Source: Laetmonice hystrix
Lineage: Eukaryota
Assembly (NCBI GenBank): GCA_965235115.1
Contig: OZ249448.1
Span: 22,320,001 to 22,384,000, forward strand
DNA length: 64,000 bases
Direction of reading: 5' to 3'
The notes under the pieces were generated by a model that was not told the origin of the DNA, made no database searches, and saw only the letters and a list, made by a program, of their open reading frames with translations. Shown in pieces: positions 53,901-64,000 of the stretch. How positions within the stretch are numbered: the stretch's first letter is position 1; each line of letters starts with the position of its first letter. The position numbers and the translations under genes are program-made.

Positions 53901-56900
53901 TACCTCAGCTACCCCTGATCAGGACGATACCATGAGTGAGCATCCAAATTCATTGACACCGAATTATGACTCTATGACTGCACAGGATCCAGGAGAGGAT
54001 GATCAGGATTTGCCTGCGACAGTCCAAAACAAACCCCGACAAGTGGTAGAGGTACTACAAGCTGTTAAACAAAACCAAAAGTGGTACTACAAAGTACGCC
54101 TGAGTACTCACAAACCGGGAGACACTCACCCATGGGTGTTAAAGGAAGATATACCAGCAGCAATACTTCAGATCTTCAGGAAAACTAAAACTCTAAAGGG
54201 AAGAATGCGTAAAAGAAGGAAACCTACATTCTTTGTTAAAACCCAGTGAATCAATGAGTAACAAATCAACAATCAAGTCAATATGTAGGGCCTATATCAT
54301 ATGCCCGATTTCAATTTCAACTTCAATCAAATCTTTAAACACTCATCAAATAGGAACGTCAACCCATGTGATGACAGCTTTCAAGACGGTGACATTTCAG
54401 GAATGCTGCTTAATGTTTACAGAAGCGTGATGTCAACTCATATAGTTCACTATTGACAAGATTGTTTTCGGTAGCTGGTCTATCGTAGGTATACCTGCAA
54501 TTAAGTCTTCACCATCATACTATATCACCGTGTCACATCACCACATTAATCGCGAACTGTTTGACATGACACAGTCACGACTGTCATAGATCCAAGTCAA
54601 GGATTGCAAAGATTAGCCAACTTTTTGTCATCACTTGTGTATGGTCGCCATATCACTTTGTTACCTGATGTAGTGTTAAAGCTCAATGTCAATTTCAACG
54701 TGTGTCCAGTCCTATGTCACACACATCGTATTTCAACAATCCTCAGGTAATTAGGATGAGGTCAATCAATTTCAATTTATACTCAAACGTAATCGATCAA
54801 AAGGTTATTCTACAACATTTTGCTAAGAATAATGGGTTACAATGTAGTTCGCATTTTCCTTTATGCAAGAATTCATTCGAGGTGTATTTTCAAACATGTT
54901 CTGTTAACATCATATATTACATGATAGTTTTTGTATTTATCTTAGATTGTTCCAACCAATGCATTGTAAGGTAGATAGTGTAGATAGTAGGTTATGTGTA
55001 TCATATATATATTTTATCACAAGGGAATGACATCTATCATATGTTTCCCGACAGACTTACACTTAGTACACATAAAAAAAACACAGACAGATGGTCAAAA
55101 CCACATACTGTAATTTTACTCTTGTGCCGCCTAGGGATGCTTGTGGTATCTTGCAGGTCCAGTCTCCCAACATGGCACACTCAACCAACACTCAACACGG
55201 CAAGACGTCACAGTATGAATGCTCTGTACAATTCCTTGTACATGGTGTTTTATGAACATTTTCCCGAGGACTATGTTTTATGTTTTATTTTTATGTCCAG
55301 AAATTTTATTTTTAGTGTGCATCTATCAGTGCAGACTTTTTAATGTTTCATGGACTCTTGAAACATGTGCACGTGTGTTACAGACCTTTTTATCACCAGT
55401 GCGAACTATATTACCTGGACTGCACATTACAACCAGAAGACGTGGAACTGCATATGTTTACCGGTGACAATTTCAGCAGGTGCAAGGACTTTCAAATCAG
55501 ACACATTACTGATGTACATCAAGCACCTAGTCGGTGATCAAATCATTTCATGTCATAGGATATAGATTTGTCTTTACTGCTTTTGTATAACAGCTAGGTC
55601 TTGTTTTATCTGACTCGTATAATTATGAGTTGTGAGGCTCAGAAACAGGAGTACGTTGTTTCTACATACTATATCCTTAAGCATATATCTAGTATCAGTA
55701 ATGCATGATTAATTAGTACTACTACCTTAAACGCGTCGAATGTACCCTTTTAGGTACAGAGTCTATGACATTATGTTTTGTATGTTGGTGTTTAATCTTA
55801 CTGTTTATCAACAATGATAGTGATAGTTTGTAGTCGGTGGAACTCAACATTTTCATATTTGGTAGTGTTTGTAACAACCACAAGACAGTCTGATCGGAGC
55901 AGACTTCTTCAAACAATGGGCGCCTTTGGTAGGGAGAATTTAACTTTCTCCATCAGCATGGTCATCTAAGCTTTGGGAGGACGTATTTTTAACTCGGCTA
56001 CATGACCTCATCGGGCCAACCCTAGTCACCCCAACATCCATATATGGAGGTCTGAGCCCAGGAACATAATCTACATTTTTGTGGTCAAAGTTGTTTTCAA
56101 CGACAGTTTCTTCCCTTATTGTATTTCTTTCCATTTTTGAGTATTGTACTGTTTGAGGTGAGGTTTCTATTCAAACCTGTAAAGTTCTAGGAATGTTACA
56201 CCAATAATTAGTTTTACTGAGGAAGGTTTTAACTGACACTTAATCCAAATCTCACTTCCTCCTGTGGTCAGCCCGAGGGGGTATATATACTGCTTCCCCG
56301 CCGGCACTCTCTCTCTCTCTTGCTCCTGCTCTTACTCCTCACTCCTACCCGCTTACTTCACGCCAGTTGACTCACCCACGGATTTTACTCTGACATGCCA
56401 GGAGGCCAATATATTATGTGTGAACATTATGGATATTTACTGGAGGGCATGTAGCCTAATCTACAGTTATTAACAACAACGGAAACGCCAGGAAAGGTTG
56501 AGTAGGACCATTTTTCCATGCTTTCCTTTACTTTTCTACTGTCCACGTGGCGCCAGTCGCACGTGCGTTTTATGTGGCCGCCATCGTGCTTCCTCCAGTG
56601 CGGCTGGTGAGATATACTATTTTTAATGTAACCTAATTAATAAACCACGGATGTTCCACTTATAATCAATGTTTCTTTTTATCTTCACCAATTATTTTAG
56701 CTAGCTCTCTCCCCGGTATTTATTTCGTACTTCTCACAATTAATTGCTCCCCACACAAGCCACTGGAGATCACGAGGTAGAATCTTCCAAGACAAAACAA
56801 AAGCAAATCTACAAAACTAAAGTACAAAAGTACGAAAGTGGTGGAGAAAATAACTAAAGTACGAAAATATAATAACACTGGGGAGATACACTATGTGGTA

Positions 56901-59218
56901 TAATAACACTGGGAAGATACACTATGTGGTATAATAACACTGGGTAGATACACTATGTCATATAATAACACTGGGGAGATACACTATGTCATATAATAAC
57001 ACTGGGTAGATACACTATGTCATATAATAACACTGGGGAGATACACTATGTCATATAATAACACTGGGGAGATACACTATGTGGTATAATAACACTGGGG
57101 GAGATACAATATGTCATATAATAACACTGGGTAGATACACTATGTCATATAATAACACTGGGGAGATACACTATGTCATATAATAACACTGGGGAGATAC
57201 ACTATGTGGTATAATAACACTGGGGGAGATACAATATGTCATATAATAACACTGGGTAGATACACTATGTCATATAATAACACTGGGGAGATACACTATG
57301 TCTATAAGAACACTGGGGAGATAATTTCAGAGTGAAATTCCACCACTTCAGCACTTAAGGGAATAAAAACGTCACTCAACTGTTGCCAAACGTTGTGATT
57401 TATGCACTTTAAAGGGAGGGGCTTCATTAGTTAGTACAGTAATGAGTATAGGGCTACCAAACTCTGACGGGGTTGGCCTATAGTTGGGGTGATACATCAT
57501 GGGCGAACTGCTAAGTTTAATAAGTAATGATGGGTTTTCGGTTTTGGTAACGACCTGAAAGGGAGTGCTTTGATCCCCCCTCCCTCCCTACCGCCTTTAG
57601 GATCTTCTCATCCACATCTGGGCCCGGTTCCTAAAATCATATTTTGCTTAAGTTTAGGCTTAAGGCTTCTTTCTGGTCTAAGCCTGGAGTAGAATGACCT
57701 TTAGATGTCGCTGGTCCCACTAAAACTCGCCTCATATCAGACAATGCAATTATTCATGCAGGTTTCCTTGAGATTTTCATGGGATTTTGAAAAGGGGCCA
57801 GTATTTGTGGAAACGGGTGGGCTGGCTACGGTTCTGCATGGTACGCCCTCCCACCCCTTGAAATTTAAAGAATCCTGGACCCCCCCCCCCCCCACCTATT
57901 TGGTACCAAATCGAACCCACCCTCTCCAAATGTCACTGGGCCTAGACTTATTGCCGATCAAATCCAGTAGGTTTGTGACCTAAAAGGCTAGCCTAGATCG
58001 GGGACAGATCGGATCATTGCGCACCCTGTTAATTAGAAATCTATACCGAGGCCCCTGGCAACTACACCCAGTGAAGGAACCCATTTTCTCCATGATCTCG
58101 TTCTATATACACGTACTACGACTCTAAATTGTGCAACTGTTAAAGACTAAATAGTCGTGCGTGTATATGCCAGGCGAAAAACAGTTCACGACTACCCACG
58201 ACAACCAGTCGGTTGGAGACGAGGGGTCTGCCCCCTGCTCCCCCAGAGCATAGATTTTTTTCTCTTAAATTAAACGGAATAACGTCGAACGAGCAAGTGC
58301 GAACCATTCCCACCGTTCTGACCGCTTTGAGCGATGAATCCACAAACTTTAGGCTAATGCCCTAAAATGGAGTCTACCCTATATGGCGGGAAAGCGTCTC
58401 AGAGTTTCTATTTTTTTTTTAAATTTCCTGAGACCACCCTGCCGAAAGTCCTGGACACCCGCCTGCTGTCCAGGCACGGACCCAGGATTTTTTTAAAGGG
58501 GACAACAGACTTTTTAAGAATAGGTATTCATGATTAAAACTTATCTCGAAATTCTTACTTGAAATCAGGGTATATCTGAACCAAAGCAAGATAATTTATT
58601 CAAGCAGCCACATAGGCTAATGGGCCTACATTATAGAGTCGCGGTTTTTGAATTGAAAAAGACCTATATGCTCAGCCAACTGAAGGGGGTGGGGGGGGGG
58701 GGCACATGCCCCCTGTGCCCCCTCCCTCGGATCCGTGCCTGTCTATCCCACCCCGTTCCAGTTTCTCTTATGCCCTACCATTCTCAAGGCCTAAGGGGCC
58801 ATGGGCATGGCGAGCCGGCCTTATTTCAAGCACACAGTCAGAGCAGGATAGATTTCTTATATAAATCCTGAGGATTAATCATTACCCCTAGGCTATCTCT
58901 CCAGGCTGTCGGTGACACAAGCTACTTACCTCCACCACTGGAGTAGCACAGATATGGGAAGCGCCACACGTTTCCAAGACCCACAGCATTGCCGATACAG
59001 GCGAGGACGAACTCAATCTGCCGACCCCACTGTTGTCGTCCTTGACCGCCGGCCACGTCCAGCCCTGTCACCGGCGCTGTCTCTCCCGGCTCCCCGGACT
59101 TGGCGGCCAGCGAGTCCGGCGAAACCTCCGCCACGATGTCGGTCTTCTCCCCCCGGCCTCCGCCCTCGTCCTTAGCATGGACGATGTCATACGTCCCCGT
59201 GCCGAATGCATTCACCAT
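26816..59218 (-). CDS. ine: SLC6 sodium- and chloride-dependent transporter, inebriated-like, 13 coding exons, 641 aa
   Basis: Exons total 1926 nt in frame with typical SLC6 sizes (135,133,135,104,125,100,101). [11 protein letters not shown] in TM1, EL2 Cys pair and N-glycosylation sequons, NSATS (Cl site), IDSQ (Na2). TM1 FVLACIG and TM6 [20 protein letters not shown] resemble my recollection of Drosophila Ine rather than GAT/TauT; SLC6 call is firm, ine orthology is moderate. Confidence 0.85.
27300..27470 (-). CDS. ine: SLC6 exon 12
   Basis: [23 protein letters not shown]...RGNSCLG, 171 nt. Confidence 0.94.
27661..28978. repeat. 59-63-bp minisatellite, about 22 copies, SLC6 intron 11
   Basis: Unit ggcacagacgcggggcagctaaactttatttataagacatccgagcctatagtgtggta. 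Confidence 0.98.
29228..29328 (-). CDS. ine: SLC6 exon 11
   Basis: [16 protein letters not shown]...[11 protein letters not shown], 101 nt. Confidence 0.94.
29594..29693 (-). CDS. ine: SLC6 exon 10
   Basis: [15 protein letters not shown]...VTWFY(G), 100 nt. Confidence 0.95.
30061..30201 (-). CDS. ine: SLC6 exon 9
   Basis: [15 protein letters not shown]...LGFPCITN, 141 nt. Confidence 0.94.
30240..30757. repeat. 22-bp minisatellite, SLC6 intron 8
   Basis: Unit cctcagcacggcattatacgag, about 23 copies. Confidence 0.96.
30903..31021 (-). CDS. ine: SLC6 exon 8
   Basis: [12 protein letters not shown]...CLAIDSQ, 119 nt. Confidence 0.95.
31138..31983. mobile_element. Nested PIF/Harbinger-type MITE with a 169-bp x3 tandem expansion
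   Basis: TIR AGGCCGCCGCACACGACGAAC; inner 224-bp copy 31253-31476 flanked by TAA/TAA; units end at 31645, 31814, 31983. Confidence 0.88.
32033..32157 (-). CDS. ine: SLC6 exon 7
   Basis: [25 protein letters not shown]...VVTE(G), 125 nt. Confidence 0.95.
33222..33325 (-). CDS. ine: SLC6 exon 6
   Basis: [34 protein letters not shown](K), 104 nt. Confidence 0.95.
33504..33783. mobile_element. PIF/Harbinger-type MITE, 280 bp
   Basis: TIR AGGCCGCCGCAGACGACGAA, TTA on both flanks. Confidence 0.88.
34361..34766. repeat. 20-bp minisatellite, SLC6 intron 5
   Basis: Unit cagatggctagagctgga(ga/at). Confidence 0.95.
34813..34947 (-). CDS. ine: SLC6 exon 5
   Basis: [10 protein letters not shown]...LLKEPT, 135 nt. 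Confidence 0.95.
35973..36105 (-). CDS. ine: SLC6 exon 4
   Basis: REVLQQSDG...WKGVKITGK, 133 nt. Confidence 0.95.
37648..37870. mobile_element. Harbinger-like MITE
   Basis: About 55-bp TIRs ggggcgggttgcactaacggtcctacgggttag... Confidence 0.75.
38828..39108. repeat. 40-bp minisatellite, 7 copies, SLC6 intron 3
   Basis: Unit attacctcgggtcagagcctcacgtacctgtgtagt(g/c)tta. Confidence 0.96.
39320..39981. mobile_element. Tc1/mariner-type non-autonomous element
   Basis: About 100-bp TIRs (c/t)agggtgtttcagaaaaaaa..., ends acaccctg|TA. Confidence 0.78.
40300..40745. repeat. About 66-bp minisatellite, 6-7 copies, SLC6 intron 3
   Basis: Unit gttccaggtgctaactctcgtacctgttgacatcagttgtcagtttcagcacacatatttgtata. 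Confidence 0.94.
43196..43717. mobile_element. Harbinger-like non-autonomous element
   Basis: TIR aaagcccagtgta...cactgtcaac; internal short [25 protein letters not shown] resembles Harbinger nuclease N-termini (weak). Confidence 0.6.
45158..45380 (-). CDS. ine: SLC6 exon 3
   Basis: [22 protein letters not shown]...[15 protein letters not shown]...SQEFY(E), 223 nt. Confidence 0.95.
46421..46713 (-). mobile_element. tRNA-derived SINE with a Deu/Nin-like central domain
   Basis: Minus strand: A box ggcgtagtggt, B box gttcgagcc, core acgttaacgatcccttggacgcatctatcgaaaagagtggaggttcgccccggtg resembling the Deu/Nin consensus, (cact)n tail. Confidence 0.72.
47973..48107 (-). CDS. ine: SLC6 exon 2
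   Basis: [22 protein letters not shown]...CPLFQ(G), 135 nt. Confidence 0.95.
49762..52120. repeat. 31-bp satellite, left arm (about 75 copies), SLC6 intron 1
   Basis: Unit tataataacactggggagatacactatgtca. Confidence 0.98.
52121..53062 (+). repeat. 5' LTR
   Basis: 942-bp direct repeat; TATA-like tatatata near 52475, AATAAA near 52835. Confidence 0.88.
53381..54249 (+). pseudogene. Frameshifted gag-like remnant fused to integrase C-terminus with a chromodomain-like segment
   Basis: [16 protein letters not shown] resembles the HxNRLK motif ending Gypsy integrases; [20 protein letters not shown]...[16 protein letters not shown] resembles a chromo-like fold; Q/P-rich segment upstream resembles gag. 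Confidence 0.6.
55925..56866 (+). repeat. 3' LTR
   Basis: 942-bp near-identical copy of 52121-53062. Confidence 0.88.
56867..57322. repeat. 31-bp satellite, right arm (about 14 copies)
   Basis: Same unit resumes immediately after the 3' LTR. Confidence 0.98.
58471..58741. mobile_element. CAGGCACGGA-ended MITE of the same poly-G family
   Basis: caggcacggaccc ... ggatccgtgcctg inverted ends. Confidence 0.65.
58930..59218 (-). CDS. ine: SLC6 coding exon 1
   Basis: MVNAFG...[36 protein letters not shown](G)|gtaagt. Confidence 0.92.
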
Positions 59219-61199
59219 GCTGTTACCTACGGTTCACACGTGTGCTCATTCACAGGTTATAAAACCACAGTCTGCAGAACACTGACCAATGGCCCACAGT
59301 CGTGGATTGTAAGTGAAGCAAGTGGATCTTCAGCAAACTGATCACACCGTGTACATATATACACGTTGGCCTAACGTGCACAATTCCCCAGTGTAGCGTG
59401 ACTGAGGGACCCGCTGTACGTTTGAGTAGACCTCTATATGACTTAGGATTCTGAGGTACTCATCCGCAAAATCAAGTCTCTGGCCTGTGGGCCTACGGTT
59501 CCTGTGAGAAATCTGGACTAGTCCACTTCGGTCGGAGGGGTGGTTAACTCTCATTGTATAACCACCCCGTATCGGGCAGGTCGTAGGCCTGTATTATACC
59601 TTTTCTCTCTCTCTCTCTCTGCTTCCATATATGGAAGCACAGAGAGAGTATAAACGCAGTATACTGCGTTTATTATTGATAAGCATTTTACACTAATTGA
59701 GAAAATTTTGAATGATGACATCCCAGATGTGTAGGCCTTTATTAACACCAACGCTGATACCACAGGGGTAGATCGAGAATTTTGGACTTCAAGGGGGCAC
59801 TTTAAGGGGGAGCACAGACCTTTTAAAAATAGGCATTTATTCAAACTAATCTTGATATTCTTTTTTGAAATAACAAAGTTGTTTGAACCAAAGGAACATG
59901 ATTTATTTCAGCAGACAAATAAAGAAACACGGTCCCATTAGCCTATAATGCCACTGTTTTTGCATTGAAAATAAAACCATGCTCGGCCAACTGAAGGGGG
60001 GCACCTTCCCCTGTGCCCCCCCCCCCGATCCGTGTCCAAGGGGAGATCTAAAAAGGGGGTTTTAAACATGGTCAATTCAAAAACATTTATGAACCACCCC
60101 TCCCCCCGAAAGAATGTCGCCAAAGGAGAATAATTTTATTATAGATCCGATAGATCTGAACAAATATTTACCGCCATTATAGATCACCAGATCTATATAG
60201 ACCACTATAATCACATTAGGGGCCGACCATTTAACTTTCAGGGGGAGGAGTAGGAAGATGTGGTGTCGGCAGAATATTTTTTTGCACATTCTCAGATCCG
60301 AAATATTTTTTTAGACCCACTGACAGTTAATTTTTCTCGAAGAAATTGGAGCCGAGAAATTTATTTATTAAATCCCCCCCCCCCCCCCCATAACAGTTAA
60401 ATGGTCGGCCATTAATATAGTGTTCGCAATAGTATTCTCCCACTCACTGCATGTTGAATCAATGACCATGCGGTTTAGCTTTTAATTCCCTGCACTCTCA
60501 GGTGATCGATGATCTCATTTACAATGTAGCCTAGTTGTCAGAATAATAAATTACGACTAATCCATCTTAAAGATATAAAGTAAGGTAAGTTATAAGGCCT
60601 AAGATAGGCGATTGTGCCGATCGATTTTTTCGAAATCACTGCCTGGCACCGCCTACAAGTCTTGTCTTGTCTGGGCGGCGTCTCAAAGCGCCGGAGCTGA
60701 AAATCGGCGCCATGGTATATAGGCGCCGCCTGGTGTTTAAGAAATAAACTACACCACTGAAATTTAGCGGGTAGTATAGACTCTTCGCTCTGTCGATATA
60801 GCCTTTAATCCCCCACTTACCTGTCCTATTCCCGTAGTGGCCGAAAAGAAATTAAGTCCGAAAAGGTATGTACATTGGTCGGGGGGGGGGGGGGGTACTA
60901 ACAACCGATAACAGAAACCAGGTCGTATATCTGTCACATTTTGAATAGGCTAGGACATGCTGAGTTGTTGCGTCAGTATTTCAGATGCATGGCTGTTCTA
61001 TCCATCGGTCTCCGACCCATTCAGTAGTATTTTGCAAACAACTGACCCCGAAAAAAGGCAAGCTAGTTAGTCTATTGAGGCTTAACAAAGGCTAGTCGTC
61101 AAAAGATACATTTTCCATTGCTATACAAGCAATGTAAAATTGAACTTGGTGAGAAATTCTGCCCATTCCTGAATATATGTCTACAGCATGCATGAAGTT

Positions 61200-61565
61200 A
61201 GTCTAGTCATTCTTGAATTTTGGCTCATGCCTTAGCAATACGAATGTCTACCGCAGTATATAGTCTACCCATTCTTGATTTTTGGTCCACGCCTTGGCAA
61301 TATGAATATATCTACCGCAGTTGGTCTACCCATTCTTGATTTTTGGGCCATGCTTGAGCAATAGGCCTATGTCCACCGCAGTACGTTAGTCTACCCATGT
61401 TTGATTTTTGGTACATGTCTTAGCAATATCTCTACCGCAGTGAGTCTACACATTCTTGATTTTTGGCCCATGCCTTAGCAATATGAATATGTCTACCGCA
61501 GTGAGTCTACGCATTCTTGATTTTTGGCCCATGCCTTAGCAATACGAATATTATGTCTACCGCAG
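61200..61565. repeat. About 58-bp diverged minisatellite, about 6 copies
   Basis: Unit gtctacccattcttgatttttggcccatgccttagcaatatgaatatgtctaccgca. Confidence 0.9.
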
Positions 61566-62405
61566 TCAGACTGATGGTGCCGCCTCAGGGGCGGATCCAG
61601 GTTTGCGATAACGGGGGGGGGGGGTGCCAAGGGGGGGTGTGGGTGCCAGACCCTTTTTCCCGCTAGAGGCCGCTCGAAAAAAAGGTCTGGACACAAACAC
61701 CTATAACACGAACACGGTGACCGTGATAGAAAACGATCATCGGCGCTGATTGGACGGGCGCGGCATTGTGACCTAGATCCCCTGGTCTAAATGCCGGCTC
61801 CCCGAAGCCACATCCAAATATGGGAAGGCAGGTCAGGGTGGTATCAGCCCGCATGCAGATGTCTTTGTGTTCAGTTGGTATACATTTGTATCCAGCTTGC
61901 GGATAGGAGGACTGGTGGTCGAATCTATCTACTTCCTATCTCATCTCATTATCATCATCACCCTTCACTAAAGTTATAAATAGATGACGCTTATAGGTTC
62001 TATTAAATTATGACGCTCTATAATGGTAAGGGCCGACACTAGTATTATCGACGTGCAACAGCGAAAACATGCGGATTAGCTCCTAGGAAGGGCTGTACAA
62101 TCGGATTTACTTTACGCCCCCATTAGGGCCCAGGCCTACTTCCCTTCTGTGGCTATAATCTCCGCCCGCTATTTTACCCGCCCAGACGCCACCTACAGGC
62201 GATTGGCATAAGGCTTTTTATGCTCATATAGACAAGCTGGCGGTCAGAACGTCTGCGCAACTTGGACACGAGTTCGCGCACCCCGACGTGTACAGACTTG
62301 TGATAACTTCACAGACGAAACTCGGTGAAAACAGCCGACATTCAGTCTGCTCGTCGCCAGTCACGGGACGTTACGTCGAGCCGTTACGGAACGCTGGCTT
62401 TCAGT

Positions 62406-62562
62406 ATGACGCGGCGTTATTTTGCGGTCATTACATGGAGCGTGCAGCAGACGATGTTCTGGTGGATTCCATTAGTTACGGCCGCCCTTTACTTGCTGCC
62501 ATCATGGGTGGGAGCGGAGGAGGCGGGATTATCAGGCTGCAGCCAGGCGCCGTCTCTACCAG
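62406..62562 (+). CDS. First coding exon of a secreted or membrane protein (continues beyond the window); start at 62406 or 62454
   Basis: MFWWIPLVTAALYLLPSWVGA/EE looks like a cleavable signal peptide; strong phase-1 donor CAG|GTAAGA at 62562; CpG-rich upstream region. Confidence 0.6.
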
Positions 62563-64000
62563 GTAAGAACAACCCGGTGTGTCACCCATGCATAGTAACA
62601 CTAACACGAAATTTGGAGGGCAGAACGAAAAATTTATCACTATTCCTATAGCCTCATGGGCGGACTGGCAATATGGGCATTTGGACTATGCCCAGTGGTG
62701 GATCCAGGATTTCAGGAAAGGGGGGGGGGGGCAGCTTTTGGTGGATCGGAAAGGTTTGTTCAGGAACACCGGAGATGTGTTTTCTGAACATTGTAGAGTA
62801 AAAATTTCACCCAAATCTTTCAACGAAATTCTATTATTTTTATGCATAGCCAAGATTTTGCCCCCCCCCCCGAATCCAACATTGATGCGGGGGGGGGGGG
62901 GGCAGTGGGCTCGGTGGGCTGGCTGGGTAAGAAAAATGGGTAGAGCCTGCATGGTAACCAAGATTGGGGGTTAAGGATGCCCGGGCCGGTCTAAAGTTCC
63001 AGTCCGCTCCTGCATGCAGAGCCTCAAACCTAACACTATAGCCCCTATATAACCTCGATCCCCGATCTTCCACAAAAAGGTACACTTCTCCTATCCATGC
63101 CCTTTGTCCCACTTCGCGGGAACGTTATACCAGTGGCGGATTCAGGGAGTGTTGCTGGGGGTGCGCACCCCTCACCCCAAGTGCCCTTTTCTCTCACCAA
63201 AGTGCTCTTTTTTTTTAATTTCTAGCTACGGTCCTGCAGTTGATATGTGCATGTCTGTGCCACTTGTATTTGGCTGTGTACTGGGGGGGGGGGGTCGGTT
63301 TGCGAAAGTGCCCTTTTTCCATAGCACTCCCCCCCGTCTTGAAAATCCTGGATCCGCCCAGCTACCATGGCGGAAAAAGCGGCCAACCCCCAACTATACG
63401 ATCGAGGGCGCCAAACAGTGCCAAGCCTGCAGCCACAGAGCGGGGTCAGCCCACACAAGGGGAGCGAGATACAGCATTCTCATGGTGCTTTCTCTTCATC
63501 TTATCATTCAGATAGCAGAAAATGTTCTACCACACCCACAGGCACAGATAATAACACCTCTATGGGCTTAGCACTGTAACCCCGCTATATGTCCCGGAAC
63601 CGACCTTGGGAGTCCTGGCTATTTCCTCCTAAAACGTCTATTTTTACCCAAAAGATAGACTATATGATCCATCCCGTTGGAAGTTCAGCTCCTTTGAAAA
63701 ATTAGACCCCCCCCCCCGCAATCTTAGCAAGAGAAAAAAAAGGTGGGGGGGGGGGGGTGCAACCCTACTACCCTTGGATCCGCCCCATGCACAGTACGCC
63801 GTGATCAGCTATATTTTCCAAACACACATAAGACTGCTTTTGACCTTATTACAGCAGCATATTCTACGTGTTCAAGAACAGTAAATTGTTTGGCCATAAG
63901 CCGCCCTGTCGTGATCATGCAGCCTCTGATTTCCAGCCTCGCCAAGAATTTCTCTTCGGAAAAAAAACCCTTTCCCTTGCCGGGCCAAGCGGGGCGAGCT

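Larger units (their letters stand above)
52121..56866 (+). mobile_element. Non-autonomous, internally deleted Gypsy-like LTR retrotransposon (4746 bp)
   Basis: Two 942-bp direct repeats (52121-53062, 55925-56866), about 4 differences seen by eye; ATAT on both flanks; TGGTGG PBS-like motif at 53064; gag-like remnant and integrase C-terminal remnant; no RT, RNase H or integrase core. Confidence 0.85.

Noticed and set aside
54420-55900. env gene in the LTR element
   Set aside because: Stops in all frames; no signal peptide or transmembrane pattern recoverable.
55722-56134. Antisense ORFs in and next to the LTR (MERNTIREE..., MFEEVCSDQ...) as an antisense accessory gene
   Set aside because: Short, in different frames, no homology I can recognise; duplication is explained by the LTR.
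52121-56866. DIRS/Ngaro classification because of the TTT start
   Set aside because: Simple equal-length direct repeats, a 4-bp duplication and an integrase-type tail fit Gypsy better; no tyrosine recombinase remnant seen.

Overview
Animal (probably marine invertebrate bilaterian) genomic DNA, not prokaryotic. It holds four intron-containing genes: (1) the terminal coding exon of a CCCH zinc-finger protein (+, 1286-1961); (2) a complete 12-exon 4-hydroxyphenylpyruvate dioxygenase gene, HPD (-, 22469-10448, 381 aa); (3) a complete 13-exon SLC6 Na+/Cl- transporter most similar to inebriated (-, 59218-26816, 641 aa); (4) the first exon of a signal-peptide-bearing protein (+, 62406-62562). All HPD and SLC6 exons were phased by hand, have GT-AG boundaries and join into open reading frames. 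Introns and spacers carry about 13 unrelated tandem arrays (roughly 10 kb, about 16% of the window), many foldback MITEs, tRNA-derived SINEs, and a young, internally deleted 4.75 kb LTR element. Highlights: a 71-bp array built from the HPD intron-5/exon-6 splice acceptor (8 decoy acceptors); a Harbinger-type MITE inserted into itself and then expanded into a 169-bp satellite, with an empty-site copy nearby; and an LTR element with non-canonical TTT...AAA termini inside a 31-bp satellite. Family assignments and comparisons with other species are from recalled motifs; no searches were run.
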